From NCBI GenBank assembly GCA_033442325.1, contig JAWQFM010000010.1:1275022-1330160 (forward strand): a stretch of DNA of 55,139 nt. Direction: 5' to 3'. A program made the position numbers and the translations under genes. Below, in pieces: positions 24,545-36,577 of the stretch. The DNA is from Salpingoeca rosetta (taxonomy: Eukaryota > Protista > Choanoflagellata). Below the pieces are notes generated by a model. It was given only the letters and a program-made list of their open reading frames with translations, had not been told where the DNA came from and made no database searches. Each line of letters begins with the position of its first letter. Position 1 is the stretch's first letter.

Positions 24545-27500
24545 CCACAAGCACATCAGATCTCAGCCCCGCCTGCGTCTGCCGTCGCCTCCAGTACGAT
24601 TGCATCCTTGCCCACTCTCCCAGACATCCTGCCGCCCTTGGACATGTCTCGCAACTCCGGCCCTGCCGCCACATCCTCCTCCTCCTCCTCCTCCTCCTCC
24701 GCTGCTATCACCACGTCCTCTACTCCCTGGCTTCCGCACAATTCGGGAATGCTGAGCCGTGGGCCAACGACATCGGGCCTGCATCACATGGGTCTCGGAC
24801 ACGCAGACAACAGTGGAGGCAGCGGCACCGGCAGTAGCGGCTCGCACCGCATCCCATCCGTCTACGCCATGTCTGGCTTATCAGGAACCCAGCCCGCTCA
24901 TCTGGGGACGCAACACCCTCACCACCACATGGTACAGGACCCGTTTCACCCGTTCCTGTCCGCGCCGTCTTCATCCACCAGCGCTGGCGCCACCTTCCAG
25001 GACACGCACGCTGCCGCCCAGCAGCAGGCCATCGACCTTCCCTATGCGGCCTCCCTTCCTCAACAACAGCAGCTGTTGCTGCATCAACGCCTGCGCATGC
25101 TGCAACCCGCGCTTGACTCGCAGCTTCTGCCCGGGTTTGATATTCGCCTCCCTCCCGTCGGTTCAACAGCAGGACAAGACACCTCACACCAACAGCAACA
25201 GAAGCAGCAGCAGCAGCAACAGCAACAACAGGAACAACAGCACCTTCTTCAGCACTTGCTTCATCAGCACCAGCGTTTGTTGCAGCAGCAGCAGCAACAG
25301 CAACAAGAAGACCGAGACACCCAGCAACAAGGTGAAGGGGACGTTGAGCAAGCAACAGCAGCGGCAGCCAGTGTGTCGCGAGAAGAGCGGGACAAGGCAG
25401 AGGACACGCGCGAGAAGCAGCCGGAGAAGCAACAACCCAAGCAGCGCCAGCAGCCAGCCGGCAAGCAACGGCAAAAGCAACAGCAGGAGCAGCAGAGTGG
25501 CGACGTCCCGTCCTCGGCCGCAGCAGACAAGCAGCAGGGCAAAACCAGCGATGGCGGTGGCGGTGGTAGTGACAGTGGTGCCGCCGAGCACAGCACCGAC
25601 GATGACGGCAAAACTGCTGCTGCTGCTGCCACTGCTGCTGCTGCCACTGCTGCTGCTGCCACTACCGCTGCTGAGAGCGCGGCCAAGCCACCAAGCCTGC
25701 GCCGCAGCGCGCAGAGAAAGAAGCGAGTAACTCCAGACAAAGTGGAGCGCAAGTGCCCGGCGGAGGGGTGTAGCAAGACGTTTGACCTTGTCAAGCGGCT
25801 GAAGGAGCACATCAAAACGGAGCACGCCAACGCACGCGAGTTGCTGGAGACGCTGAAACCCGCAGCAAAGACGCACCACTGCCCGTTTTGTGCAAAGGCA
25901 TACGCCTTCAAATCGGGCCTCTTCCGGCACATCCGCGAAGTCCACCCGCACCGCGCAGACGTAAGAGCAAGGCACTCTTGTGTGCGTGTGTGTGTGTCTG
26001 TGTCTGTGGGGGGTCTGTTTCTGCGTGTGTATACGTTGTGTTGTGTCTTGTAGGCTTGCTACATTTTGAAAGTACACACCAGCGAGAGCATGTTGCAGCT
26101 GCTCATGTACGTGCTGTCACCACCGTGCATATTCAGGAGGTGATTACACCAAAGCACGATGCGCGCTTCCCCTGCTTCTTCTGCGACACGGTCCCGTTCA
26201 AGTCTGTCACCTCCTTCATTCAACACACCCGCGAGCAGCACCCAGCCCAGTTTGAGGACTCCATTGGTGGGTGTGTGTGTGTGTGTGTGAGTGTGTGTAC
26301 TCATGTGTGTGTACTCATGTGTCTTTGTGTGTGTGCACATGTGTGTATGTGTGTGTGCATATGTGTGTGCACATGTGTGTATGTATGTGTGCATACGTGT
26401 GTGTGTGTGTGTGCTTGTGGAGCTGTTAGTGCTGCATCCAACACATGATACAATGTCACTGGATGCTTCACCTCTTCCTTCAATTCCTCTTCACTCGCCT
26501 CCTCTTTCCCCATCCCTTTCGCGACCACCAGACTACACTGTGCGCTATTTCCCTTCGATGGACGCGTTTTCGGACTGGCTGCGCCACGAACAAGACACGA
26601 CGTACACGGAGTATCTCCTGCGGTACAACCACACCACAGACTCCTACCAGACCTGGGGTGAGTCTCCTTTTGCGTCTGCCTGCTTATGCCCATGTGACAT
26701 GAAGCGCTAACAACACACGCATGTGTCTGGCGTATCCCCGCATCCACACGCGTTCACACACACGCACACACACTCTCTCCCCCCTCTCTTAATCTCACCC
26801 TCACACACAAACACACACACAAACACACACAAACACACAACGCATCAACAGACAATCAGCGTGTCAAGGTTGTTGGGCGGCGGTATCGCGTGTGTGCACG
26901 CAACCGCCCCGCTCCCTCACAAACGCGCAACAAACGCCCGCGGCGCAAGAAGCTGCCCAAGGGCGTCGGTATGTGCCTTGCGCGCATGTGGATCGACATT
27001 GCAGACGACAAGCGCGTGCGTGTGCGCTTTCTGCGCAACCACAGCCACAAGTGCACGCCCGAGCACACGTCCATCCCCAAGAACCTGCGTGACTTCATCG
27101 CCACGCAGATTGCCGCGTGCATCCCACCCGTGAAGGTCCTCAACAACCTGCGGTCGGCGTTTGCGGGCACGGAGCGTGCAGCTCTCATCACGCTGCAGGA
27201 CATCAACAACATAGCTCGCACGTGTGTGCGTGCACAGCTTGACCACGACGACTCGCAGTCGCTGATGCAACGCCTGCACGACCTTGCACACCACGACCCT
27301 GGCGCAATCGTGAGCCTGAAGGCGCCTGGCGAGCCCGCATTCCGCACGTTTCCATCTGTTCAGGGCATGCCCGTCACCGCCGACTTTGCCGCTGAAGATT
27401 TCGTCCTTGTTCTTCAGACGGCTTTCCAGAAGCAGCTCATGAAGGTGTGAGTGTGTGGGTGTGTGGGTGTGAGTATCTGCGTTTGTGGGAGGGAAAGCGC

Positions 27501-29952
27501 TTGCTGCGTATGCTTTTGGGTGTGTGGGTGTCAAAGTGTTTATTCATCCCCCCCCCCCCTTCTCCGTAGCGTTTGAAGTTCAAAACACGAAGCCACGTTT
27601 TCTCTGCCTCACTCTCCCAAATTCAACCAACAACAACACTGCCCTTTCATGTCATGCAGGAGTGTGGGTCGCGCGGGGTGTTCCTTGCTGTTACGGCGCA
27701 GAACAACAAGTACCACTACCCGACAATGACGCTCGTTGGTGAGAGCCCTGCCGGCAATGCAGTGGCGCTGGCACACTGCATCTCCAACAAGAAGACGGCA
27801 AGCACAACCCGCCTCTTCTTCGCCAGCACCACCGTGCCACTCGGTGTCAGGCCGCACACATACCTCTTCATGAACGAGCAGACGGATGCCGCGGATTTTG
27901 AAATTGCGCGCGAGACCTGGGGCGCGTCTGTGAGGCCGCTTCTCTGCACGTGGGCACACGGCGATATCTGGTGCGCCTTTCTTGCTCGTTGGCACGTTTT
28001 CTTGCTTGCTTGTGTGCGTGCGTGTGTGCGTGTGTTTTGTGCTCGCGTGATGGAAATGTTGGTCAGATTTCTGAAACAAATCTCCAAGTCCATACACTAA
28101 AACCCTGTCACCTCCCCCCTTCTCTCTCTCTCTCTCTCTCTCCACTTGCTCCCCTGTTTGTTCGTTTCTCTCAACCCGCATGTGCGTGTGTATGCGTGTG
28201 TGCGTGTGTATGCGTGTGTGCGTGTTGCTCCGCAGGCAAACAGAGGCCACTGCTCGGGCGAGCACGCCTCACCAAGGCCGCAAGGCGTTCAAGGCACTTG
28301 TGCATCTTCTTCGCGCACAGAACCCGCAGGCGTTTGAGGCGTCATGGGATGGGTTTTGCCGGCTGTGGAAGCCAACGGAGCCCGACCTGGTGGAATGGGC
28401 GAGTGAACACATGTACGAGAAGCGGACGCTGTGGGCCCGCGCTTTTCGCGAACCGAGCGACCCCTCCACCGAGAACATCCTCAGCGTGAGTGGCAGGAAC
28501 ACTGTGTGTGCGTGCATGTCTGTGCGCGCGCGCGCGTTTGTGTGTGTCTGTGTGTCTGTGTCTGTGTGTCTGTGTGCGCGCGCGTTTGTGTGTGTCTGTG
28601 TTTGGGAGGCAGCTCGTCTGGAGATTCTTACCCCATCGTTTTGCTGATTGCTCACAACCAGTTGCTCTCCTCGTTTCCACCACCAACATCATCACCAACA
28701 TCATCACCATTGCAGGAGTACCAGGCTGCTGTGCGCGAGACGGCGGTGTGCGATACGGCCGCGGCCTCCCTGGAGCAGCAGGTGGAGAGTCTGTTCAAGC
28801 TGGACACGTGGCAGCAGAACCTTGCCAACCGCGTTCGTGAGGAAGGTGACAGCGTGGTGTTGGCGCTCAAGGCCGCGCAGGCCATTCGCGAAGGAAAGGT
28901 CATCAGCCCCCTCAACATCGAGCAGGCAGGCCCGGCACTCTTCAAGGTGTGGTGTGTGTGTGCGTGTGCGCTAGTCACCTTAACAACAAACAAACTGGGT
29001 CGGAACGTCGCATCACCTTGTTTGCAAAGCATAGCTCTCGCCTCTCCATAACTGTCTCTTTCCCTCTTCCGCCTTACATGGCCTCACACGCACGCGTACA
29101 TTCACGCTCATCTTTTTTTTTTTCAAGGTGAAACACGATCAGTCGAACACGACGGTGCACACGGTGACACGCCAGGCCGTGCCGACCTGCATGCACTGTC
29201 GCGTTCTTCCGTGCATCCACGTCTTTGACTGCACGTGCTTTGACTTTGCCGTCAGCAACACTGGCGTGTGTCAGCACACGGGCGCCGTGTATTCGCTCAT
29301 GGTTGAGCGGACCGATGCAGGCAGGAAGAAGCGACGCGCCAAGCAGGACAAGGACACCCAGGCCCAGTCGCAGCAGACAGGCGAGGGCCCACAGGCCCCT
29401 GATACTGCTGCGACAACTGCTGCGAGTGATTCAGCGAGTGATGGGACCCCGGCTCATCCACCACCACCCCTGATGACGCCACAGCCGCAAGGGCAGCCTG
29501 CACAGAGCCCTGCCGTTCAGGGCCAGCACGTGCCGCAGCCGCACTCACAAGCACAAACGCCCACACGCAGCGAGAACGACAGCGGTGCTGGCGTTGGCGG
29601 GGACAGTGGCGTGCAGGAGTCACAGCCACAGCCAGGGCCACAACCTCTGCCACAACAGCAACCGACCCAAGCCCACAAGCAGCAGCAGGAACGGCAGCAG
29701 CAGCAGCAGAGCCAAAGTGAAAAGCAGGGAGGAGAACAAGCGACTGCTGCGAGCACTGCTGGTGCCGAGGGCAACACGAGCGGCAGTGACAGCGGGCACA
29801 GCAACGAAGCAATTGGCGCGGCCGGTGCCACCGTAGCCACGTCGCCTCAGCAGCCAGTCAATGTCGTGGTGGACGAAGCACATGCTAGCACGGAGACTGG
29901 CACGGAGACTGGGGAGCCGCCAGCCAAGCGCGCGCACACCACCACCGAGTGA
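24146..29952 (+). CDS. Q-rich, 3x C2H2 zinc finger + WRKY/GCM1-like finger + degenerate MULE (Mutator) transposase core + SWIM finger protein; probably a domesticated transposase
   Basis: Eight phase-compatible exons at about 24146-25960, 26137-26266, 26532-26657, 26852-27444, 27660-27970, 28236-28485, 28716-28947 and 29128-29952. C2H2 fingers CPAEGC..H..H, CPFC..H..H and CFFC..H..H. YRVCAR...CLARM...HSH finger. MULE-like blocks FVLVLQTAFQKQLM, LLCTW and WARAFR. SWIM-type CTC...CQH. Confidence 0.8.
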
Positions 29953-30009
29953 CGTGCTGCACGTGGTGTCCGTTTGCTGTGTGTGTGTGTGTGTGTGTGT
30001 GTGTTGTGT

Positions 30010-30053
<44 letters not shown>

Positions 30054-30404
30054 TTGCTCTTCGTCTTGTCGGTGACCTGATGCTGTGACATGTGATGTGA
30101 CATGACTTGCCATGTTGCCCTGTTGGCTTGAAGCTTCTCTCATGTTTTGTGTTACGGAGCAGTTTATGTTCTGCTGCTTGGACTCTCACCAATAGAGAAA
30201 AAGAACAAAATCACGTTGTTGCAGCACGTGTAAGAATAGGACAAAGCAGCAAAGAAGCAACGCAAACACCAGACCACATAGCACAAACACGATTGCCACA
30301 CCACAACCAGCCGCATACGGCCGTGAAATTTGACTCATCAAAACGCCACTTCAACAAACAAGTGCGAGTGCGGGGAGTGGGCGGGGCAGCAAGCCTCTTC
30401 CCGT

Positions 30405-31117
30405 CTACTGCAGCGTGCTTGCAAGCTCCTGGCCCACAACGCCCTCCACAATGCGCTGCACGTCGCCCTTGCCCGTGACAGCGGGGCGTTCGCGCGCAAC
30501 GTGCTTGAAGCGCTCGTGTTCATCAGGTGTACCGTTGTCGAGGAACGTGCCAACAATCTGACCGTCGCGCACCCACACGGCACCATACTTCTCGCCCTCA
30601 CTGCACACAGGGAGAGGGGGAAATGGGGTGTGAGCGGTGTGGTGATAGGGGTACGTGTGAGTGTGCATGTGTGAGTGAGCGAATGCACATGTGCGTGCAT
30701 GCGTGAGTTGGGGAATGCACAAATGAATTCAACTCAAGTTGGTGCGACGAATGAAAAGCACAGACACACACACACACACTTGCACAACCGCAGAAACGCA
30801 CACAACATGCAGACACACACACGCACACACGCTTGACTTACGCCAGGACGCCAAAGTGCATGATGTCGCCCTCGTTGACGCCATAAAACTTCCAGTTGAA
30901 GTTGAGACAGCGGCTGTAGAAGTATGGTGTGTAGTCGTAGGCCGGAGCAGGGCGCCCGTCCTCCTCCGCCAGCAACACATCCACAATGTGGCGCGCAGTC
31001 TCGCGCGCTGGGGGTGGTGGTGATGATGATGGTGGTGGTGAGAAAGGTGTCAATAGAAGCGGGAAGTGCGTGGATACACACACGGATGAAAACAAACACG
31101 AAAAACACAACCCACAA

Positions 31118-31195
<78 letters not shown>

Positions 31196-32256
31196 CCCAC
31201 ACACACAACCACACACCGTTCTGCACGTGTTCCTGGCGGACGTGCTTTCCGCCCTCGAGAACGAGCGGGAAGGCGGCAATGTCGCCAATGGCATACACGT
31301 CCTGTGCGGTCGTGTGCAGCTGCCCGTTCACCTTCAGACCGCCCGCTGTTGTCTCTAGCTTGCCATCGAAGAGGGACGTGTCTGGGCGAGCTCCAATACC
31401 AGCAACCACCAGGTCGCACTGCACGCTGCAGTCAGCCAAACACAAAGCGTGCATAGTGGAGGATGGTTTGGGGTTAAAACAGAGGGAGGGAAGGTGAGAG
31501 GAGATGCAGTTGAGTGCAAGAGTATGTGCATGTCTGCTGCAAGACTTGGCCGTGGCAAACGCGCTTCGAAAGTGGGCGTTCACGACCATACACACAGCAT
31601 GTATGTCTGTGTATGTTGCACGCGTAAGCAGATTTAGTAGCACACACATACACACAGACACATACACACACAGACACGTACACACACAGACACACACATA
31701 GACACACAGACACAAACACACACATACAATTCACATTTTTACTCACGTGCTGCCGTCATTGAGGATGGCGCCAGTGACGTTACCCTGTGCATCATGCTGG
31801 AGGGACTTGAGTGTTCCCTTTGCAAACGAGACACCGCGATCTGCAAACGCCTTTGCGTACACCTCCGCGAGCTGCGGAGAAAACAGCCGGTTCATCAGGC
31901 GGTCCTCCGGAAACACCATCGTCACCTGCAGTTGCGCGCACGTGATGTTGCGTGTTGTGGAGGGGGGGGGGGTTCAATGGGATGCAAGGGTTGTCAGGGT
32001 GATATGAGAATCAGATGAAGGTGACGGTGTCGGCATTTGCACGCGCGTACGTGCTGACAAAATCGCACTCGCTGATAACCTCACATCCACGAACACAAAT
32101 GTACACATGCATACATGTGTACATGTCCACACAAGCATACACACGCACCTGCAGGCCATTTTCGATGAGCTTGGCGGTGACCTCGGTGCCAATGTACCCG
32201 CCGCCAATCATCAGCGCATGCCCACCGCGGTGTGAAGCCATCGCCTGTGCGTACGT

Positions 32257-32331
<75 letters not shown>

Positions 32332-32440
32332 ATTGTGTGTGTGTGCATATGTGCATGCGTGTATGGTGTTATTGTGTTATTGTGTGTGTGTGCGTGTGTG
32401 ATGAGTGAATACGATCGAGGAGACGCCTGACAAGGCAAGG

Positions 32441-32523
<83 letters not shown>

Positions 32524-33908
32524 CACACGGACCTGACACCCAATGCCGCATGTTACCACACCTGTGACAGGCGCTCTGCGTCGGCGAGGCTGCGCAGGTA
32601 AAGGATGTCGCCACGGTCATCGACTTTGTCCGCAGGGAGGTGAGAGGACTGCGAAGATTTGTGGGGGGGGCGGAGCAGAGAAGACAAGCGTTGAAGATAT
32701 GACCAGCCATCTGCCGCACATGCTGTTTCAATCACCGCTCAAGGGGACGACACACACGCTAATAAACACACATTCACACACAAACACAGACAAACAAGCA
32801 AACACACTACTGAACACACATTCACACACAAACACAGACAAACAAGCAAACACACACCCACACACACGCACACACACACACACACACACACAAACACGCA
32901 CACAAGTTCCCTTCCCTGACATGTGTGTACCTCGACGCCTGTGGCGATGATGAGCTTCTCAAAGGAAATGCTGTGCCCGCGCGCCGTGGACATGACGTGG
33001 TTGTCAAAGTCAACGCTGGTGACGTCTTGCTCGCCAAGCCACGTGATGCCATGCTCCACATACCTGCCAGTTGTGCGTGCGTGCGTGTGTGCACCGGGAA
33101 CACGAGGCAAACACGTTCAGTCGCACATGCACAACGTGACACAAGCGCGCAGATGCGCAGATGCAGACAGAAACATGCAATCACAAACAGATCCATTAAC
33201 ACAAAGCACACACATAAACACAAAGCACACGCAAAGCGCGCAAACTTACGAACGCACACACGCACACAGACAATAACAAACAACTAACCAGGCTTCATCT
33301 TGGGGCTCGCCCCCAGTGCCAACCGTGGTGTGGAAGCCCGGGAGCCTGTAGCGTGTTGCATGGGTTGGCGGCGTAACTGCCCGTGAGCGAGGTGTGCCTC
33401 AGAACGAAGAAGCGCAGCAAGTCCAACAATCACGGTGGAAGGCAAGGACAATTCTCCAGCACGCGGCACAGGCACTGCTGGGTTGTTGTGTTGAGGAAAC
33501 GGTTGTCAGGGCACGTGCACGGTAGGCGCACCGAGCTGGCTTTGAGGCGTTGAGGAAGCCCTTGGAAAGCGCGGGCCGCTCAAAGGGAGGTGCGGTGTCG
33601 CGCGAGATGAGGGCAAGCTCGTCCTTGCCCCTTCCTTTGTCTGCAAATGCCTTGGCCACATACCCGGCCGACGTGCCGCCGCCAAGGACGACGTACTTGA
33701 ACCTGCAGGTGTGGGTGATGATTGTTGTGATGAGCAAGCACATATTAGGTGCGTTTGCGAACCATGGGTGGCGTCAGCATGGGGGAGCCGGCGCCGTTCC
33801 CACTGCAAACACACAGAGAGAGAGAGAGAGAAGTGGGGGATAGAGGGAGGGAAGGACAGAAGGAGGGAAGGAGAGAAGGAGGGAAGGAGGGAAGGGCAGA
33901 GAGAGGGG

Positions 33909-33946
<38 letters not shown>

Positions 33947-34180
33947 GCACACACGCGCGCACACGCAGACACACACGCACACACGCACGAAAGCATGCAC
34001 CCTCGCTGGAACCCACTTGTCCATGTGGCTTGCTGTTGAGAGCATCCTTTTTGGCTGAGTAGAAGCAGCAGAGGTGTGCCGGAAACAGGAGCGAAAGAGA
34101 AATGGCATCCTGTGGACACGGGCGGATGCACGACGAACACAGCAAGAAGAACCAGCCAGCAGCAGCAAGTTCACCACCAT
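30405..34180 (-). CDS. MDAR: Monodehydroascorbate reductase, plant/algal type, with an N-terminal presequence
   Basis: FKYVVLGGGTSAGY, PFERPALSKGFL, the MDHAR-specific loop ARLPGFHTTVGTGGE, IGGGYIGTE, MVFPEDRLMNRLFS, VYAIGDIAAFP, EHVQNAR, YDYTPYFYSR and WKFYG. In-frame ATG options at 34180, 34108, 34045 and 34024. Confidence 0.92.
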
Positions 34181-34420
34181 TGTTTGCACAGAATACAAAA
34201 GAAATGATGAGCTGCCCACCAGCAACCAACCACTGCACCCGAAGCAACCAAACGCAAAGCAACGCACACATGCACACCAGCAAATGTCATTTCATTCATG
34301 CATCCGCAATGTCTTGTCTCACCTGCTCCTTGTCATCATTGTTGCTGCCAAAAGAAACGACGGCGGGCGAGTCCTTCTTGGTTGATTTTTTTGCTGTCGC
34401 CAACCCAGGACAAAACAGCG
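34181..34420. promoter_or_regulatory. Putative bidirectional promoter, MDHAR/WD40 gene
   Basis: 240 bp between the most upstream MDHAR ATG and the WD40 ATG. Confidence 0.5.
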
Positions 34421-35649
34421 ATGGCGCACCCATCGCGCTCAGCACCAGCACCAGCACCAGCACGGCACGTCAGCGCTCACGCTCGGGTTCGCACGGAGAT
34501 GCGGCTGTCGCGGGATGGAGCGGAGCTGAAGCACACGCGAAGGACGGCGGGGAAGGTGACGTGCTTGGCGTTCTCCAGCGCAGGCTCCTTGCTGGCCACA
34601 GGCAGCGATGACAGCACCGTCCACTTGTGGGACGCAGACACCGGCGACATCACCTTCGTTTGTCGCAAGCACCGCCGCGCCGTCTGGTCCGTGAGCTTCT
34701 CCCCTGGCGGCTCCCGGCTGGCCAGCGGCGGTTGGGATGGCCACGTCTGCATCTGGGACCCCTGGACCGGAAACCTTGTTCACCACCTCGAAGCACACAA
34801 CGTGAGCGCCTGTGACAGACTTGCTGTATTTGAAGGAAGTGGCGATTCATGACAGCATGGATCAACTCCCAGTCATGAAGTGGCGGCGAGACCGATGCGT
34901 GCACGCAGAGAAGCGCAGGCTGCAATGCTGCGTTGCTCCTTCTTGTATTTGGGGCCGTCCTTCACATGTTCACGCCTTCAAATCGCCGCTCCATGTTTGT
35001 GTTGTTTCGTTCTCTCCAATATGTTGTCGTGATTTGCGTCCTTGTGTCGGGTTGGCTGTTGCTTCTGGGGCATGCATGTTCGCCCACCAGGGACCCGTGT
35101 GGGCTGTGGTGTACAGTGCCAGCGGAAGCATCCTTGCATCTGGTGGCCGCGACCAGCGCATCATGCTGTGGAATGCCAACACTGGGCAACTGCTCGACTA
35201 CTTTAAGGTGCCGTGCACTCGCACGTGTCTCTTGCCTGCAAGCATGCATGCCTCTGAGCGTGCTTCTTGCCACCTCGCTTCTGCTTGCCAGACACCAGAT
35301 CTTGCCTGCTTGCTTGCTTGCTTGCCTGCTGGCTTGCAAGCAACGCAAAATGTGGCGACAATGATGTTGGACCAAGGCTGACACGCATTGGGCTCGCCTT
35401 GCGTTGTTTTCTTTTCGCTGCTCCATGCCGGTGTCAGTCTTAGCCTAATACCACGACACACACCACACCTGTGTTGTTGTCGTTTGCAGCATGGAGTTGT
35501 CCACCCAATCTACTGTGTGGCCATCAATCCTCAGGACACGCTCTTAGCAGAGGGTAGCATGGACAACACGGTTCGCCTTTGGTCGCTGGATGAAGATTCA
35601 AACATCATGCGCAAGCTTGAACGAAGGTGTGGCTCCGTCGCGTGTCGTG

Positions 35650-35725
<76 letters not shown>

Positions 35726-36524
35726 GTTTTGTGTGCGTGTGTGCATATGTGTGTGCTAGTTGTGCATCTGCGCTTGACCTCTGCGAACGTGTATCTACAT
35801 CTGCGTTCACCGTTGCTTCCTTCCTCACATGCTTCCTTCAATTTCGATTTTGTCTGCCTTCCCCCCCCCCCAAATCATGTTCACCTCGTTGCTTTTACAC
35901 CATCTCTTGTCACTGATCAGCGAGAAGATGGCAGCACAGGCTGCGACACGGACGTTTCAATCCCGGGAGGGCCAAACCGCGCTGCGAAAGGTGTGCGCAC
36001 GTGCGCTTGCTGCGCTGCGTCAGTTCACCTTCGCACTCACACTTCACATCTGTTGCTGCGCGCCTGGCATCGTACGATTTTGAGTTACGACTCACAACCC
36101 GTGCTTCCTCACCTTTTAAAAATGTATGCATGCACGCAGGCAAAGGCCAAGGTCCGACAGAAGAAATTCAGCTTCTTTGGGGCGGAGGCAGGGCGGGAAG
36201 AACACGCAGACTCGCGTGCACGTGAAGCAAGCCCCATTGGGCAAGAGCACCCTGTTCGGGTCTTGACACGACACACAGGACCCGTCGTCTCTGTCGCCTT
36301 CTCCCTGGATGGCGGCATGCTCGTGTCTGCCTCGCACGATCGCACGGCCATCCTGTGGGATCCAGCTTCTGGCAACGTGCTGCACGTGATCAAGAGCGCC
36401 TCCAACTCCCCCGTTTGGTGCTGCGTGTTTTCTCGCGACTCGACGCTGCTTGCATTGGGTGCGTGCGTCTGTGTCGTGTGCGTGCATGTGTGTGTGTGTG
36501 TGCGTGTGCGCGCGCGCGCCTGTC

Positions 36525-36577
<53 letters not shown>

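Noticed and set aside
29128-29300. SWIM finger as the SWS1/ZSWIM7 partner of the nearby SWSAP1-like gene
   Set aside because: SWS1 is a small stand-alone SWIM protein. This SWIM sits in the normal position of a MULE transposase, so the proximity is probably coincidental.
24146-29952. Active MULE transposon
   Set aside because: No terminal inverted repeats or target-site duplication are evident, the catalytic motifs are degenerate, and the gene has seven introns.
12993-34180. ESD plus MDHAR as a glutathione/ascorbate gene cluster
   Set aside because: They are about 15 kb apart, separated by unrelated genes, and act in different pathways.
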